DNA of 64,000 nucleotides from Leptogorgia sarmentosa (Eukaryota): NCBI GenBank assembly GCA_964658305.1, contig OZ210885.1, positions 1,054,001 to 1,118,000 of the forward strand, read 5' to 3'. Shown piece by piece: positions 23,289 to 34,849 of this stretch (position 1 is its first letter; each line of letters starts with the position of its first letter). The notes under the pieces were generated by a model. It saw only the letters and a program-made list of their open reading frames with translations, ran no database searches and was not told where the DNA came from. The position numbers and the translations under genes were made by a program.

Positions 23289-24710
23289 TTACTTTGCTTG
23301 TCAGGTTCCATACGGAAAAGTGAAATATTTTATTTTGTGAATGAACGCCCAAAACGTAGACAATCGAGTTCTTCAGGACACTTGGCAAATGTTTGATAAT
23401 TCAAGTGACGGTTATTAGTGACACAAATATTTAATATAGCTATATATTTAAACTTTTTTGAATAATTAAATTCCGAGGGTTACCTTGTGCTTTCGAACAG
23501 GGTATACATGAGTGATATTTTCAGGATTTTGACGGTTTCGGTATACCCACTATTTCACAGTTTTAGCTTCATTTTATCTCATTGATATATAATATAATTC
23601 AAATGGCAAAATGTCACTTGAATTGTCAACAGATTTATCGAATGTACCGAAGGTCGAGCAATAGAAACGAATCTTCAACTATAATTTATATATGTATATT
23701 GATTAAAGTCTGTTTAGGGCTTTCAAGTTATATATATATATGTATAATTTACCCTTTTCAAAACAGTATTATAATAATATATTTATATACAATATATTCT
23801 GTCCACTCATGCAGCATTTGCCTCAGACGCTAAAGTGTATGATCCGCGGTATGCGCGTAGGTTCAAAACAGAATACCGTTGAAACTACGTATACTATATG
23901 ATTTCGTTTGTTTTGTCTCGCACAAACCCGTTTTATTACAAGCTACAAAATCTATTTTCCTGGGATTGAATGTTTCAACCATTCTGTATGGCGAAGCGGC
24001 AAAATATAGTAGATTTTCCGTGATCACAATGACACCGCGGTCAGTCCAAACATGTACAAATGTGTCAGTGCCGACATGCTAAAGTATCGTAGGGAAAATA
24101 TATACGAGCAATTTTGTAGAGACATAAACCTCTTTCATAACCTTACATATTCGATGTGTTCAAGGTAATACAATGCATAATTTGCGTCATGATATTTTTG
24201 CTTCGATGATTAAATTCCATAGCAAACCTTTTTAATATCTTTAAAAAACCAATGCCATGATTGTACAATTTGCGTCATGATATTTTTGCGTATAAATTTC
24301 CTTAGTAAATAATGTTCTAAATGGCGTAAACGCTCATAAATCAACCTCTACTTTTGTCAAACCACTCGTCGCTGCGGTCATTTCATTTTCTTAATTCTTA
24401 TCTGGCTATTCATGCGAAATAAAATCCACGATCAAACACATCACCACTCTTTCGCGCCTATAGAGGTTAGTTTCGTATCCATTTTCTGGTATACTCGACC
24501 TTGTTTGCAACCGGGCAATATCAGATACTTCATATAAGAACACGTGAGCCAATAGAAGAAATCAGGTCAACGCGCCTGCCCCTGCCTGCTCGCGGGTAGA
24601 CGTCCCTCTTGTTATTGAGCCACTGAGCTATAATAGAATACTGGAGGAAGCGCACGCGGAAAAAGAGTGAAGCCAAAAACATGGCGGATTTTAAGCCGTT
24701 ACCATGACAG

Positions 24711-26630
24711 CACTTGCTCCGTCCTCATGGTAGGCACCACTGACCAACCGCGATCCTCAGCATCCGAGGATGGAAAACACCCCCCTGGTTTTGCAAGATA
24801 TTTTTTCATAATTTTTTTTAGTGTATTTTGACAAGTTTTTTCCCCAGATTTTGCAGCTCACGTTTCTCTTTTTGCAACACGGAGATAAAGTTGTGTTTTC
24901 CCTACACAATAATTCACTATAAAGTATTCTTTCAGTTGTTTCAGGTAAGATTTTTGAAACTGCTTTGATTGTCAAACTCCAATACTCCATCTTTTCATTT
25001 TTTCGAGCTCTATTTTATAACACATTTAGAAGATGTGAGAGTGCATTAAAACTGCTATTATAAACAGCAGAAATGTCTTGTTAAAGTGGAAAATATGTTT
25101 GTTTCCACAGTTCGCATTTTGTTTATTGTATCATATGTGAGCTCTAGCATTTTTTTTTGCTAAAACATGGGATGGCCTGTGTTTTTGCAGTATTAAAATA
25201 AAACGTCCTGTTTAAGTTGAGATCAAGTTAAGTTCTAGTGAGGATTTTTGTATGTTGCCACATCAGCTGAGTTAGACACTTGCACTTACAGTCTGGACAA
25301 GCAATGTGCCTTTAAGTCTAAGAGGCTTAAAATTGATAGCTGTTTTTTAGCTATGCCTATATATTTATTCCTTTTACAAAGGAATCCTTGTGTATTAATG
25401 AGATCTAATGGGCTAAGAAATCAGCAAATGTGTTATGATATTGTCTTGTATTTTCCAGGAATTATCATGCAGTACTCTAGTATAAAGGCACCAGAAGGGA
25501 TATGGCACCAAAAAGACAACAACAACTGCAGTCATATTTATAACATGTTATGATAATTTTATTAAATTGTAGAATTTAGTCTTCTAGCAGAGCATATGTA
25601 TTAGTACATTTTTAAATTGCTTGCTGCTAATAATTGTATGAAGATATCTTGAAATTGATGAATTCCTGACTTCAACTCCAAAGATTTATAATTGGTGTCT
25701 GTCTTTATGGAAAAATCTGTAATAAACAAAAAATATATTATACAGAGTGAAATTGTTCAGAATGTGTTCATATTAGTGTGAAAATGACAAAGGGCAAAGT
25801 GGTAAAACAACAGAATGACCTGGCTTAAGAGTCCATCCACAACACTTGAATAGCCTTCTTAAATGACTGATAACCAACCTGATCATAACCTAACTAGTCC
25901 TAAACCTGTCCAGTCAGCCAACTCTGTACTGCACTAGCGTTTTACCTAGGTTGGTTTATATTCTCCCCACATGAAATTTGTGTGTGTTTGGCAGTTTGGG
26001 CAGAATTACATGCATACAGTAATTATAATGCTATGATTGCAATCTGTGCTTTGACTTAAAATGAAAATCTATCCACCCTAATTTATCCTTTACAAGTGAC
26101 AGCCTACAACAAAGTTGGGTTAATTTATAAAACGAGTTCCTCAGGTCTTAACTTGACACCCTCAGGTCTTAACTTGACACTCTCAGGTGGCAAGTACTGA
26201 CAGCTGTTTTGTCATCACATGTAACTCTCAAGATAGTTACCACAAAGATTAGTGATTAGCAGTTGAAATAATAGGAAATTCACCTACCATATGTATATAA
26301 TTTTCTACCGAATTCGCACTGAACAAAAAACAGGATCATGAAATGGTGTATTCAATAAAATTTTCAGGAGCCTTGATTTGTCCGTCCAAGTACATTTATC
26401 GTCTTTCATATCAATCAATGTTACGAAAAAAATATGTATGACCCTCATGGTCTGTAAATATCTCGAAAACATGAAAAAAAAGATTGAAAACAAACGAAAA
26501 TTTAATAAAAAGCAGTCAAAGCTCTGCAAAAACAAAAATTTTTTTGAAAAAAACCAGGGGGGTGTGAAAACGGCAGCGGGCTCAGATTTGAGCCTGGTCA
26601 GTGGTAAATACCATGAGGACGGAGCAAGTG
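24711..26630. mobile_element. TIR element with no ordinary TSD, inserted in the left arm of 24621-28304
   Basis: 22-bp perfect TIR CACTTGCTCCGTCCTCATGGTA plus further blocks (accactgacca, acacccccctggtttt); flanks TGACAG and CTGTCA are inverted, not direct, repeats. Confidence 0.8.
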
Positions 26631-26839
26631 CTGTCAAGAGGTGGGAATTTTGTCTGAGCATGCGCGAAAAATAAATGCGTGGAAATTTGTTTGAACCACG
26701 CGCGAATCTTTCCCCCTTCGTGTGATTTTCCCTGAGCGAGCGGCGGGAAATTTAAATGCCCTTAGAAAAATATAAATAAAATGAATATAAACAAAAGTTT
26801 CGCTGGGCGTTTTGTTGGGTTTTTTTACATTATCTAATT

Positions 26840-27048
26840 TTGCAAGTGGAGCAAAAGACAGAGATGCATGCTGTGTTTGTGGCCGAAAAGATTCCCACGG
26901 CAAGAAAACGTCTGAAAGATACTATACAGTTAACTCCACCAACACGGATTTTTCAAGTTGTTTCGGTCCGGTCAACAACGCCAATGGTGTACTGTGTCGC
27001 GCTTTTTACCGATCTTTGAATAAGTACAAAATATCGAAGAAAATTTGA
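26840..27048 (+). pseudogene. Zn-finger remnant resembling the FAM60A/SINHCAF N-terminal domain
   Basis: CCVCGRK...SER...DFSSCFG......GVLCRAF...NKYK; last Cys appears as Phe; no clear ATG. Confidence 0.5.
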
Positions 27049-28334
27049 AAACAAAAATTATAGAAAAAAACAGCAAAATTAGCAAACGTTTTGTCATTCT
27101 TTTGCAAAGAAAGAAACACAACATGAAGCCAGGCAAATATTGTCATCATCGGTCGGTGCTCGGAATTTACCGTACAAGCTTCGCAATGTTTACAGCATGC
27201 TTGCAAGAAATTTTGGTGGAACTTCTCATACTGCTCATGTTTAAGCCCTGAAATTTCTATGAATGCGAATTTTAATATCAATGAACATGATACTAACGTG
27301 ATCTAAGGTAGAAGTAAAGTGTTTTTATCCCTATTTCGTTTTGAGGCTCTCGACAAAATTTAAAAATATTCCATTTTTTCTTTACGGGTTGCTTCATAAT
27401 TTCCTCGACAAAAAATACTAATACTCTAACCTATTGAGTACAGAAATAAAATGCAAATTCTTGGTTATGCTATATTTTCCTTACTTCTGTTGCATGTAAA
27501 GAATAACGTGAATGCAAGTTGAAAGCAATCAAAGTAGATCAAGTGTACTTTCACACGGCATTTTAGGAGAAGACAACGTGGACAAAATATACACCACGCT
27601 TACAAATTGAGCGAAATTTGTATCGGTGCGAATTTTCATTGCTAAAATTGCTATAAAATTAAAAAGTATAGGACATGTGAACACTTTTAAAATGGATTTC
27701 GTTTTGAGGCTCTCGACTAGATTTTACACAATTTTGCTTTGAAAACTTCGTAAAAACCTACTTATACTCTGAATAGCCAATTTTACACGAACGATCATGC
27801 TATTATGTTATATCCAACAAGAAATCTAACGATACTTTCTGAGAGCTAAAGAATCAAGGACAATTTAATCATTTACCCATGTTCGTACGATCGTGATAAA
27901 CAAGATTTCTAGCGTCATAAACACACGACAATATTAACAGAACGCATTTTCTACCATGTTTTCGCAGCTGAAATTCCTTCAAAACTAACATCGATCTCAA
28001 TAAAATTTCTGTAGCGTAAACATTTCTCCCTGAACTTCAAAAGAATCTACGTTTCGACAAACAATTTGCACAAAAAAGGTATATTTGCCGTGACAAAAAC
28101 CGAACCACGTTGGCACAAGAGATGAAAATCGAATAAATGATGACCCGCGCCAGCGAATATGTGACCAGCGGAGACAAAATTCCCACCTCTTGTGCTGTCA
28201 TGGCAATGATGACGAATCACATGAATCCACGCCATAATTTTGGCTTCACTCTTTTATCTGAAAAAAAGTACCTGCACTCTCTCCAGTCTTCTTATAGCTC
28301 AGTGTATTGAGCACAATAATTTAGCACATGATAG

Positions 28335-28650
28335 AGCTGGGAGGGGAGGCGAGGGGACGGGACGGGAGATGACGGGATGGGACGGGAGGGGACAGGATGA
28401 GACGGGAGGGGACAGGATGAGACGGGAGGGGACAGGGGGGGACAGAAGGGGACGGGATGGGATGGGACGAGAGGGGACGGGAGGGGAGGGGACGGAGGGG
28501 ACGGAGGGGACGGAGGGGACGGAGGGGACGGAGGGGACGGGGGGACGGGAGGGGACGGAAGGGGACGGGAGAGGACGGGAGATGACGGGAGGGGACAGGA
28601 GATGACGGGGGGGGGACGGGAGGGGACGGGAGGGGACGGGAGGGGGGAGG
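28335..28650. repeat. G-rich simple repeat (GGGAC/GGAGG variants)
   Basis: gggacggag and gggacgggag units; explains Gly-rich and Pro-rich ORFs 28240-28665. Confidence 0.95.
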
Positions 28651-28856
28651 ATTTGTCAAAATCAAATTATTAGGGCATAAGTTATTATATAAATTCAGTT
28701 GATTTTTTTATTCATTCTCACTGACACACTATCTCTGTGGACGGTAACGGGGAGTTTAATTGTCAAAATGTTATTGGCTTACAAGCTATTACTTTACTGT
28801 ATCCGATTTATTGTCACACCTTTTTAACATATACAGCATTGCAAATTGCAATTACA

Positions 28857-29275
28857 AGGTCGACAATACCGAAAAGTGGTATACTCGACCGGCTGCAATA
28901 AACTCGACCTTCATGCGAATGTCAAAATGAATCTGTGCATGCAGCTTATAAAATTTACCAACAAATATACAATTCAATAGTTAGAAGGTCGACAATACCG
29001 AAAAGTGGTATACTCGACCGGGTTCAAAAAACTCGACCTTCATGCAGTTGTCAAAATGAATCTGTGCATGCAGCTTATAAAATTTACCAACAAATATATA
29101 ATTCAACAGATAGAAGGTCGACAATACCTAAAAGTGGTATACTCGACCAGCTGCAATAAACTCGACACTGAAGGGTCAAAATGTTGTACATGCACGTTAG
29201 TAATTTACTGCCAGTTATTGTCCTACCTTTCACAATCTCTACCCAACAGCTTTAGTTATAAATTTTACCAACAAT
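28857..29275 (-). repeat. Inverted block of the 129-bp satellite (~2.5 units plus spacer)
   Basis: Reverse complement of the monomer; 29161-29270 is the inverse of ~30595-30700. Confidence 0.9.
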
Positions 29276-29344
29276 TTTCGGTATTGTCAACCTATAATTC
29301 CAATTATTGAATTGAATATATGTTGGTGCACCATTTTGACACCT

Positions 29345-30737
29345 GAAGGTCGAGTTTATTGCAACCGCTCGAGTATACCACTTTTCGGTATTGTCGACCT
29401 TCCAACTATTGAATTGTATATTTGTTGGTAAATTTTCTAAGCTGCATGCACAGATTCATTTTGACAACTGCATGAAGGTCGAGTTTATTGAAGGCGGTCG
29501 AGTATACCACTTTTCGGTATTGTCGACCTTCTATTTGTTGAATTGTATATTTGTTGGCAAATTTTATAAGCTGCATGCACAGATTCATTATGACAACTGC
29601 ATGAAGGTCGAGTTTATTGAAGGCGGTCGAGTTTACCACTTTTCGGTATTGTCGACCTTCTATTTGTTGAATTGTATATTTGTTGGTAAATTTTATGAGC
29701 TGCATGCACAGATTCATTTTGACAACTGCATGAGGGTCGAGTTTATTGAAGCCGGTCGAGTATACCACTTTTCGGTATTGTCGACCTTCTATCTATTGAA
29801 TTGTATATTTGTTGGTAAATTTTATGAGCTGCATGCACAGATTCATTTTGACAACTGCATGAAGGTCGAGTTTATTGAAGGCGGTCGAGTATACCACTTT
29901 TCGGTATTGTCGACCATCTATCTGTTGAATTGTATGTTTGTTGGTAAATTTTATAAGCTGCATGCACAGATTCATTTTGACAACTGCATGAAGGTCGAGT
30001 TTATTGCAGTCGGTCGAGTATACCACTTTTCGGTATTGTCGACCTTCTATCTGTTGAATTGTATGTTTGTTGGTAAATTTTATAAGCTGCATGCACAGAT
30101 TAATTTTGACAACTGCATGAAGGTCGAGTTTATTGAAGTCGGTCGAGTATACCACTTTTCGGTATTGTCGACCTTCTATCTGTTGAATTGTATGTTTGTT
30201 GGTAAATTTTATAAGCTGCATGCACAGATTCATTTTGACAACTGCATGAAGGTCGAGTTTATTGAAGGCGGTCGAGTTTACTACTTTTCGGTATTGTCGA
30301 CCTTCTATCTGTTGAATTGTATATTTGTTGGCAAATTTTATAAGCTGCATGCACAGATTCATTTTGACAACTGCATGAGGCCGGGTCGAGTTCATTGAAG
30401 CCGGTCGAGTATACCACTTTTCGGTATTGTCGACCTTCTATCTATTGAATTGTATATTTGTTGGTAAATTTTATAAGCTGCATGCACAGATTCATTTTGA
30501 CAACTGCATGAAGGTCGAGTTTATTGAAGCCGGTCGAGTATACCACTTTTCGGTATTGCATGTCGACCTTCTATCTGTTGAATTATATATTTGTTGCTAA
30601 ATTTTATAAGCTGTTGGGTAGAGATTTTTTTTGAAAGGTTTGACAATAACTGGCAGTAAATTACGTGCATGAACAACATTTTGTCACCTGAAGGTCGAGT
30701 TTATTGCAGCCGGTCGAGTATACCACTTTTCGGTATT
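29345..30737 (+). repeat. 129-bp satellite-like tandem array, ~10 copies
   Basis: Monomer starts (gaaggtcgagtttattg or close variant) at 29345, 29474, 29603, 29732, 29861...; the 43-aa periodic ORFs are a by-product. Confidence 0.97.
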
Positions 30738-31459
30738 AGAAAGCCAAAAACAATTAGATCGAGTTCCAAAAACACTTGACTTAGCATAATTCGGAGCAAA
30801 ACGAGACAGCGAGGTTAAAGGTTGGTTCTCACTGAACATATAAGCATTAGTGCAAGCATAAGCATACGCATACCTCATTTGCCAAAGCGAAGAAATAAAG
30901 CATAACATAAGCATAACATAAGCACAAGAAAGAACGCAAGGTCTTCATTTGCTTATGTTATGCTTATGCTTGCATAAATGAGACAATTATGCGAAAATGC
31001 AAATCCTCGGCGTATTAACGCTGTATATTGATCGCAAGCATTATGGGCTGATACACAAGCATGTTTTATTTAATAGTTTTAAAACACATTGAAGCACGTG
31101 ACCAATCAAGACAAAATATAATCACAAAGTCACAAAAATACAAAATGGCCGCTCGCTTTAAAATGAAAAAAACTCAGAAACTGTCAGTACTCTTTCGGTA
31201 TATTGAGCGCAGACACCATGAAAAAACGTTTAAAATGACGAAGATATTTCTACAGTAGTTGTAACAAAGAAAAACTACATATTTCAGTTTCCTGAATCGC
31301 TTTTAAATCGCCCGGTTGCAAACAAGGTCGAGTATACCAGAAAACGGATACGAAATATACCTGGCCTATATCAGCCGCCATTTTGTGATATTTAGCCCGC
31401 AAGAACTTAATTTGCCCTAGTGTCTAACATTTCCAAAATAAGTATAGCTCAGTGATTTC

Positions 31460-31580
31460 CACATACACACAAACACAACACAGACACACACGGACCCGAT
31501 AAGCAATATACCTGCGTCACTATCATTATAATACTACTATAATATTATAATATTATAATATTACTGCGCAGGTACAAAAA
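31460..31580. mobile_element. Possible Helentron/HINE-type end
   Basis: (CA)-rich tract, then tacctgcg...cgcaggta inverted pair ending in an A-run; the other end was not located. Confidence 0.4.
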
Positions 31581-31752
31581 CGTACAGTTCAAGAGTCCAA
31601 TTAAATATATTTAATGCATGATCTCAATTATCTGGCTCTGATGTGGCCGTTTCGTGCCGTTCGGCATGGGCGTGAAACATTTTCTCATGTTGACCTTGCT
31701 TGCATTGTTTTCACCATGCATGGGAGGGGTAGTTAAGTAAAATGAAAAAGGA

Positions 31753-31790
31753 TATAAATACTGCAACCATCTAGTGGTTCGAGTCATTGC
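31753..31790 (+). promoter_or_regulatory. TATA box and initiator-like site of the 32243 gene
   Basis: TATAAATA at 31753-31760, TCATT ~30 bp downstream; candidate 5' UTR intron GTGAGT 31887 to TACAG 32239. Confidence 0.65.
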
Positions 31791-32242
31791 ATACTCTCGT
31801 TTTCCTCAAAGACAATAGTGAAGAAACGCAAGAAGAAAACAGGTCGAAGCTCCAGCTGTTTGATTGCTTTATCAAAGAAAATTTTCGTGAGTTTAGCAAA
31901 TATTCCTATATTTTCAGCTTCTAGGTCGAGATTTCGCTGTTAGGCAGCGATATTACTAATATAAAGTTCTTCTAAAGTTCTATTAAAGTTCTTCATACCA
32001 CCGAAGTTTCAAATGCAGCTATGTCGTATTGCATATTGGGTGAAATTCTAAATGTATAATAAAATTACAATTGCATTGAATGAATTTTATGTGTATATTA
32101 TGTATTAGAATCATATGTATAATCAGTAGTTACTGTTAAAATCTTCGAGTAAACAAAATGAGCGAAAGTTGTTTGGATTGCAATGTGATACTTATAATTA
32201 TTTTGTTCTTAATTCTCTTATTATTTCTGTTCTCTACAGAGA

Positions 32243-33238
32243 ATGTCTGAGGTTCAAAAGAAGGCAGAAGAAGGGCTTACTGATATAAAATCATGTTTGA
32301 AGCAGATGCCAATTGACATGCGCTTGTTTTCCTTGTCAATGCGATCTCTTTATAGCAATACTGCCGTCGGAAGTGATGATGAACCAGCGCAAAAATTCCG
32401 GAAGCTTCGAGACGACACACGAAACGATGCTGAGGTATATTTGCAATGTATCGTACCTTTGTCGGCAAAGTTTGTGTCGTGCTTGAAGGAATACTTTGAA
32501 AATTACGACGCTCTACCGTTTGATGATTGGGCCAATGATTTGCCAGATATCATTGAAGAAACCAAAACCTACAAAGAGTTGGCACAAGCATTGTTGAAGA
32601 TGCACGAAGAGATGATGGCTCCATTGAAGAAACGTCAGGACGAGGCGAAGATCATAATGACACAGTTCAAAGATTTACAAGCGGAGTTCGATCGCCAGAA
32701 AGAAAAATTGAAAGCTAAAGGAAGTACTCGAAAGGCATGGGCATTTGGGCTTTGTTTTATTCCTTATGTAAATGTGATCGCCACTCCAATTCTCAATGCC
32801 TTGGGAGATGCCGATATAGCTGAAGCAACTGCGAAGGAGAATGAGTCCAAGGTCCGAGAAGCAGCAGCTCTTGTTGTTGCAGAATGCTTAATTCCTGCAC
32901 TGTCTTCCTTCGCCGATGGCCTGGGAAAAGCAGCTGGTTTCTTTTCAGTGATGGAAATGGAGCTAGAATCATTTGAGGGAAAGGCAGAAAAGGGAGTTAC
33001 GTCACCAAAGAAGCGCTATTACACGATGATGAAAGCACAAGCGAAAGAAATGAAATCACTCTGCCAAGTTTTCTATGCAGTTCTTCCCGAGGTACGCACC
33101 GACTTCGAGGCGATCCCACGTAAAGGCACAAATCAAAACTACATAGACAAGTGGCTGGCGAAAAAGAAAGCTGAACTCGCGAAAAAAAGAAATATTTCCC
33201 GCCTTTTGCACGAAATTTGGCAAAAAGCAATGGAATAG
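32243..33238 (+). CDS. 331-aa helical protein, possibly Hbl/Nhe/ClyA-like alpha pore-forming fold
   Basis: Clean ORF just after a splice acceptor; long amphipathic helices around one hydrophobic segment WAFGLCFIPYVNVIATPIL; product call is inference. Confidence 0.75.
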   Translation: MSEVQKKAEEGLTDIKSCLKQMPIDMRLFSLSMRSLYSNTAVGSDDEPAQKFRKLRDDTRNDAEVYLQCIVPLSAKFVSCLKEYFENYDALPFDDWANDLPDIIEETKTYKELAQALLKMHEEMMAPLKKRQDEAKIIMTQFKDLQAEFDRQKEKLKAKGSTRKAWAFGLCFIPYVNVIATPILNALGDADIAEATAKENESKVREAAALVVAECLIPALSSFADGLGKAAGFFSVMEMELESFEGKAEKGVTSPKKRYYTMMKAQAKEMKSLCQVFYAVLPEVRTDFEAIPRKGTNQNYIDKWLAKKKAELAKKRNISRLLHEIWQKAME

Positions 33239-34849
33239 AACTTTTTCTCAGTTTGGTATACTTTTGCATGCAATGTAAGAACACTTTCTATTATACGAAC
33301 AACTTCTAGATCAAGAACATTTATTTTTCCATTAATTAATCATCTACACATAATTATACTCTGTTGTAAGTCAAGTAAAATGTTTGAAATATGAGTATTC
33401 TTATATTATATGAATCATGTGTTTTTTTCGCGACCTTTACGATTATTTTATGGTTGTTGATAATTGCAATTTGCATTAGCTGCAGTTATCATGAACGCAG
33501 CCACCAAGTGGGTGGAGGGGGCTGGGGATTGCAGCCTGCTTATATTTTATGATCCCAATTCAATATATATGCAATTTTATTTATATAAGCAAGGAAAAAG
33601 AAGCCAATTGTGTTATCTATTTAGCTACCAGAGGTGCGAGATTAACGCAAACTGTGCGAATGAAAACAAGGCAAAAATTTTCACTGATCGCTTGGTATAG
33701 CTTCCTGCAATGGCGTGAAGCCCGCCTGATAATTTTTACCGTGGCATACAAATAATTTTGTCTTTTTTATAAATCTTGAAAACAAGATTTTTTAAAAGAA
33801 ATGGATCATTCAGATTTTTAATTTCATGACCGAATTGTCGGACTGGTATCAACACTGACAAAATGCAATATACTGTACGTCGAGAAAATGTCAAAAAAGG
33901 CTTAGTCAACAACGGTTATTTTGTCAGGATGTTCGGTAGGGTCAAAAGAATTAGAACTCATGAAGAGCAAACTTATTGAGATGAATACAGAATAAGTTGT
34001 GAAGTATGCAAATGTAATCAACACATTTCAGGTAAAATGTACAAAAACATTTTCAAAAACAAAGTGCTGAAAAACTAATTCTTACTGCAAATCCAACTTT
34101 TTATTAGAAATTTCATTTCTAGCAATAGCGAATTAATTTAGCAACACATACATTTACTGTCCTAAGGGCTAAGGAATACGAATTTGCATTATGAAAGTGG
34201 TCTATGTTTGCATCGTGAATATTGATTAATGAAACGGAGGATGGGGTTGAATTTATTTGGCAGAAGTCGCAAGTCACTAAAAATGGCGCGAAAAACAAAT
34301 TCCGCGAGTCGCAGGTTACAATTTCATTTTTCCGGCAGCTTATAATCAAGATAACGGCCATTTTAACTGAAACATTCTACACTTATTGGGTCAAATATCG
34401 TTTAGTTCTGCCAGGATTACGTATATACATTGATCTCAGAACTTATAACCCTCCACACGCGCCATTTTTGTTGGACCCGCACTATTTTTAATGATTTGCG
34501 ACCCGCGGGAAATAGGTACACTATCTCTTAGAGGATAACTGTCATGCACATCACTGTATCATGCATGGCGGGTTTTGTTTTTGTCTCAAATTAAATCAAA
34601 TCAATGGATCTACAGACGGTTTTTCGTAGCCCATTTAGCTTAAACGGTGGTTTAGTCAACATTGGAAGGAACATGTAAGTATACAACTACAACTTTATTT
34701 AAAACAAGATGCGGGAGTATCATGTAAATTAGACTTTTTCGCCGTTCAAGCTAAATAGGCTACGAACAATCGTCTCTGAATTTAAACATCAGCCTTCAGA
34801 TATTTTTCACAAACGCTGTGACTACAAGTTTCAGGAAGGAAATGTGTTG

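Larger units (their letters stand above)
24621..28304. mobile_element. TIR DNA transposon with 8-bp TSD (P- or hAT-like), defective
   Basis: CACTGAGCTATAA termini with patchy ~120-bp TIR; TSD TATTGAGC at 24613-24620 and 28305-28312. Confidence 0.85.
24463..31363. mobile_element. Non-autonomous TIR element carrying a satellite array (outer level of nest 2)
   Basis: Inverted repeat 24471-24519 vs 31307-31355 (47/49 match), extendable to GAGG/CCTG ends; GCCTATA direct repeat at 24456-24462 and 31364-31370. Confidence 0.7.

Noticed and set aside
28240..28665. Gly/Arg-rich and Pro-rich ORFs
   Set aside because: Translations of a G-rich simple repeat
28935..30398. Long repetitive ORFs (335, 200, 120 aa) as proteins
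   Set aside because: The 129-bp monomer is divisible by 3 and open on both strands; no domain or splice context
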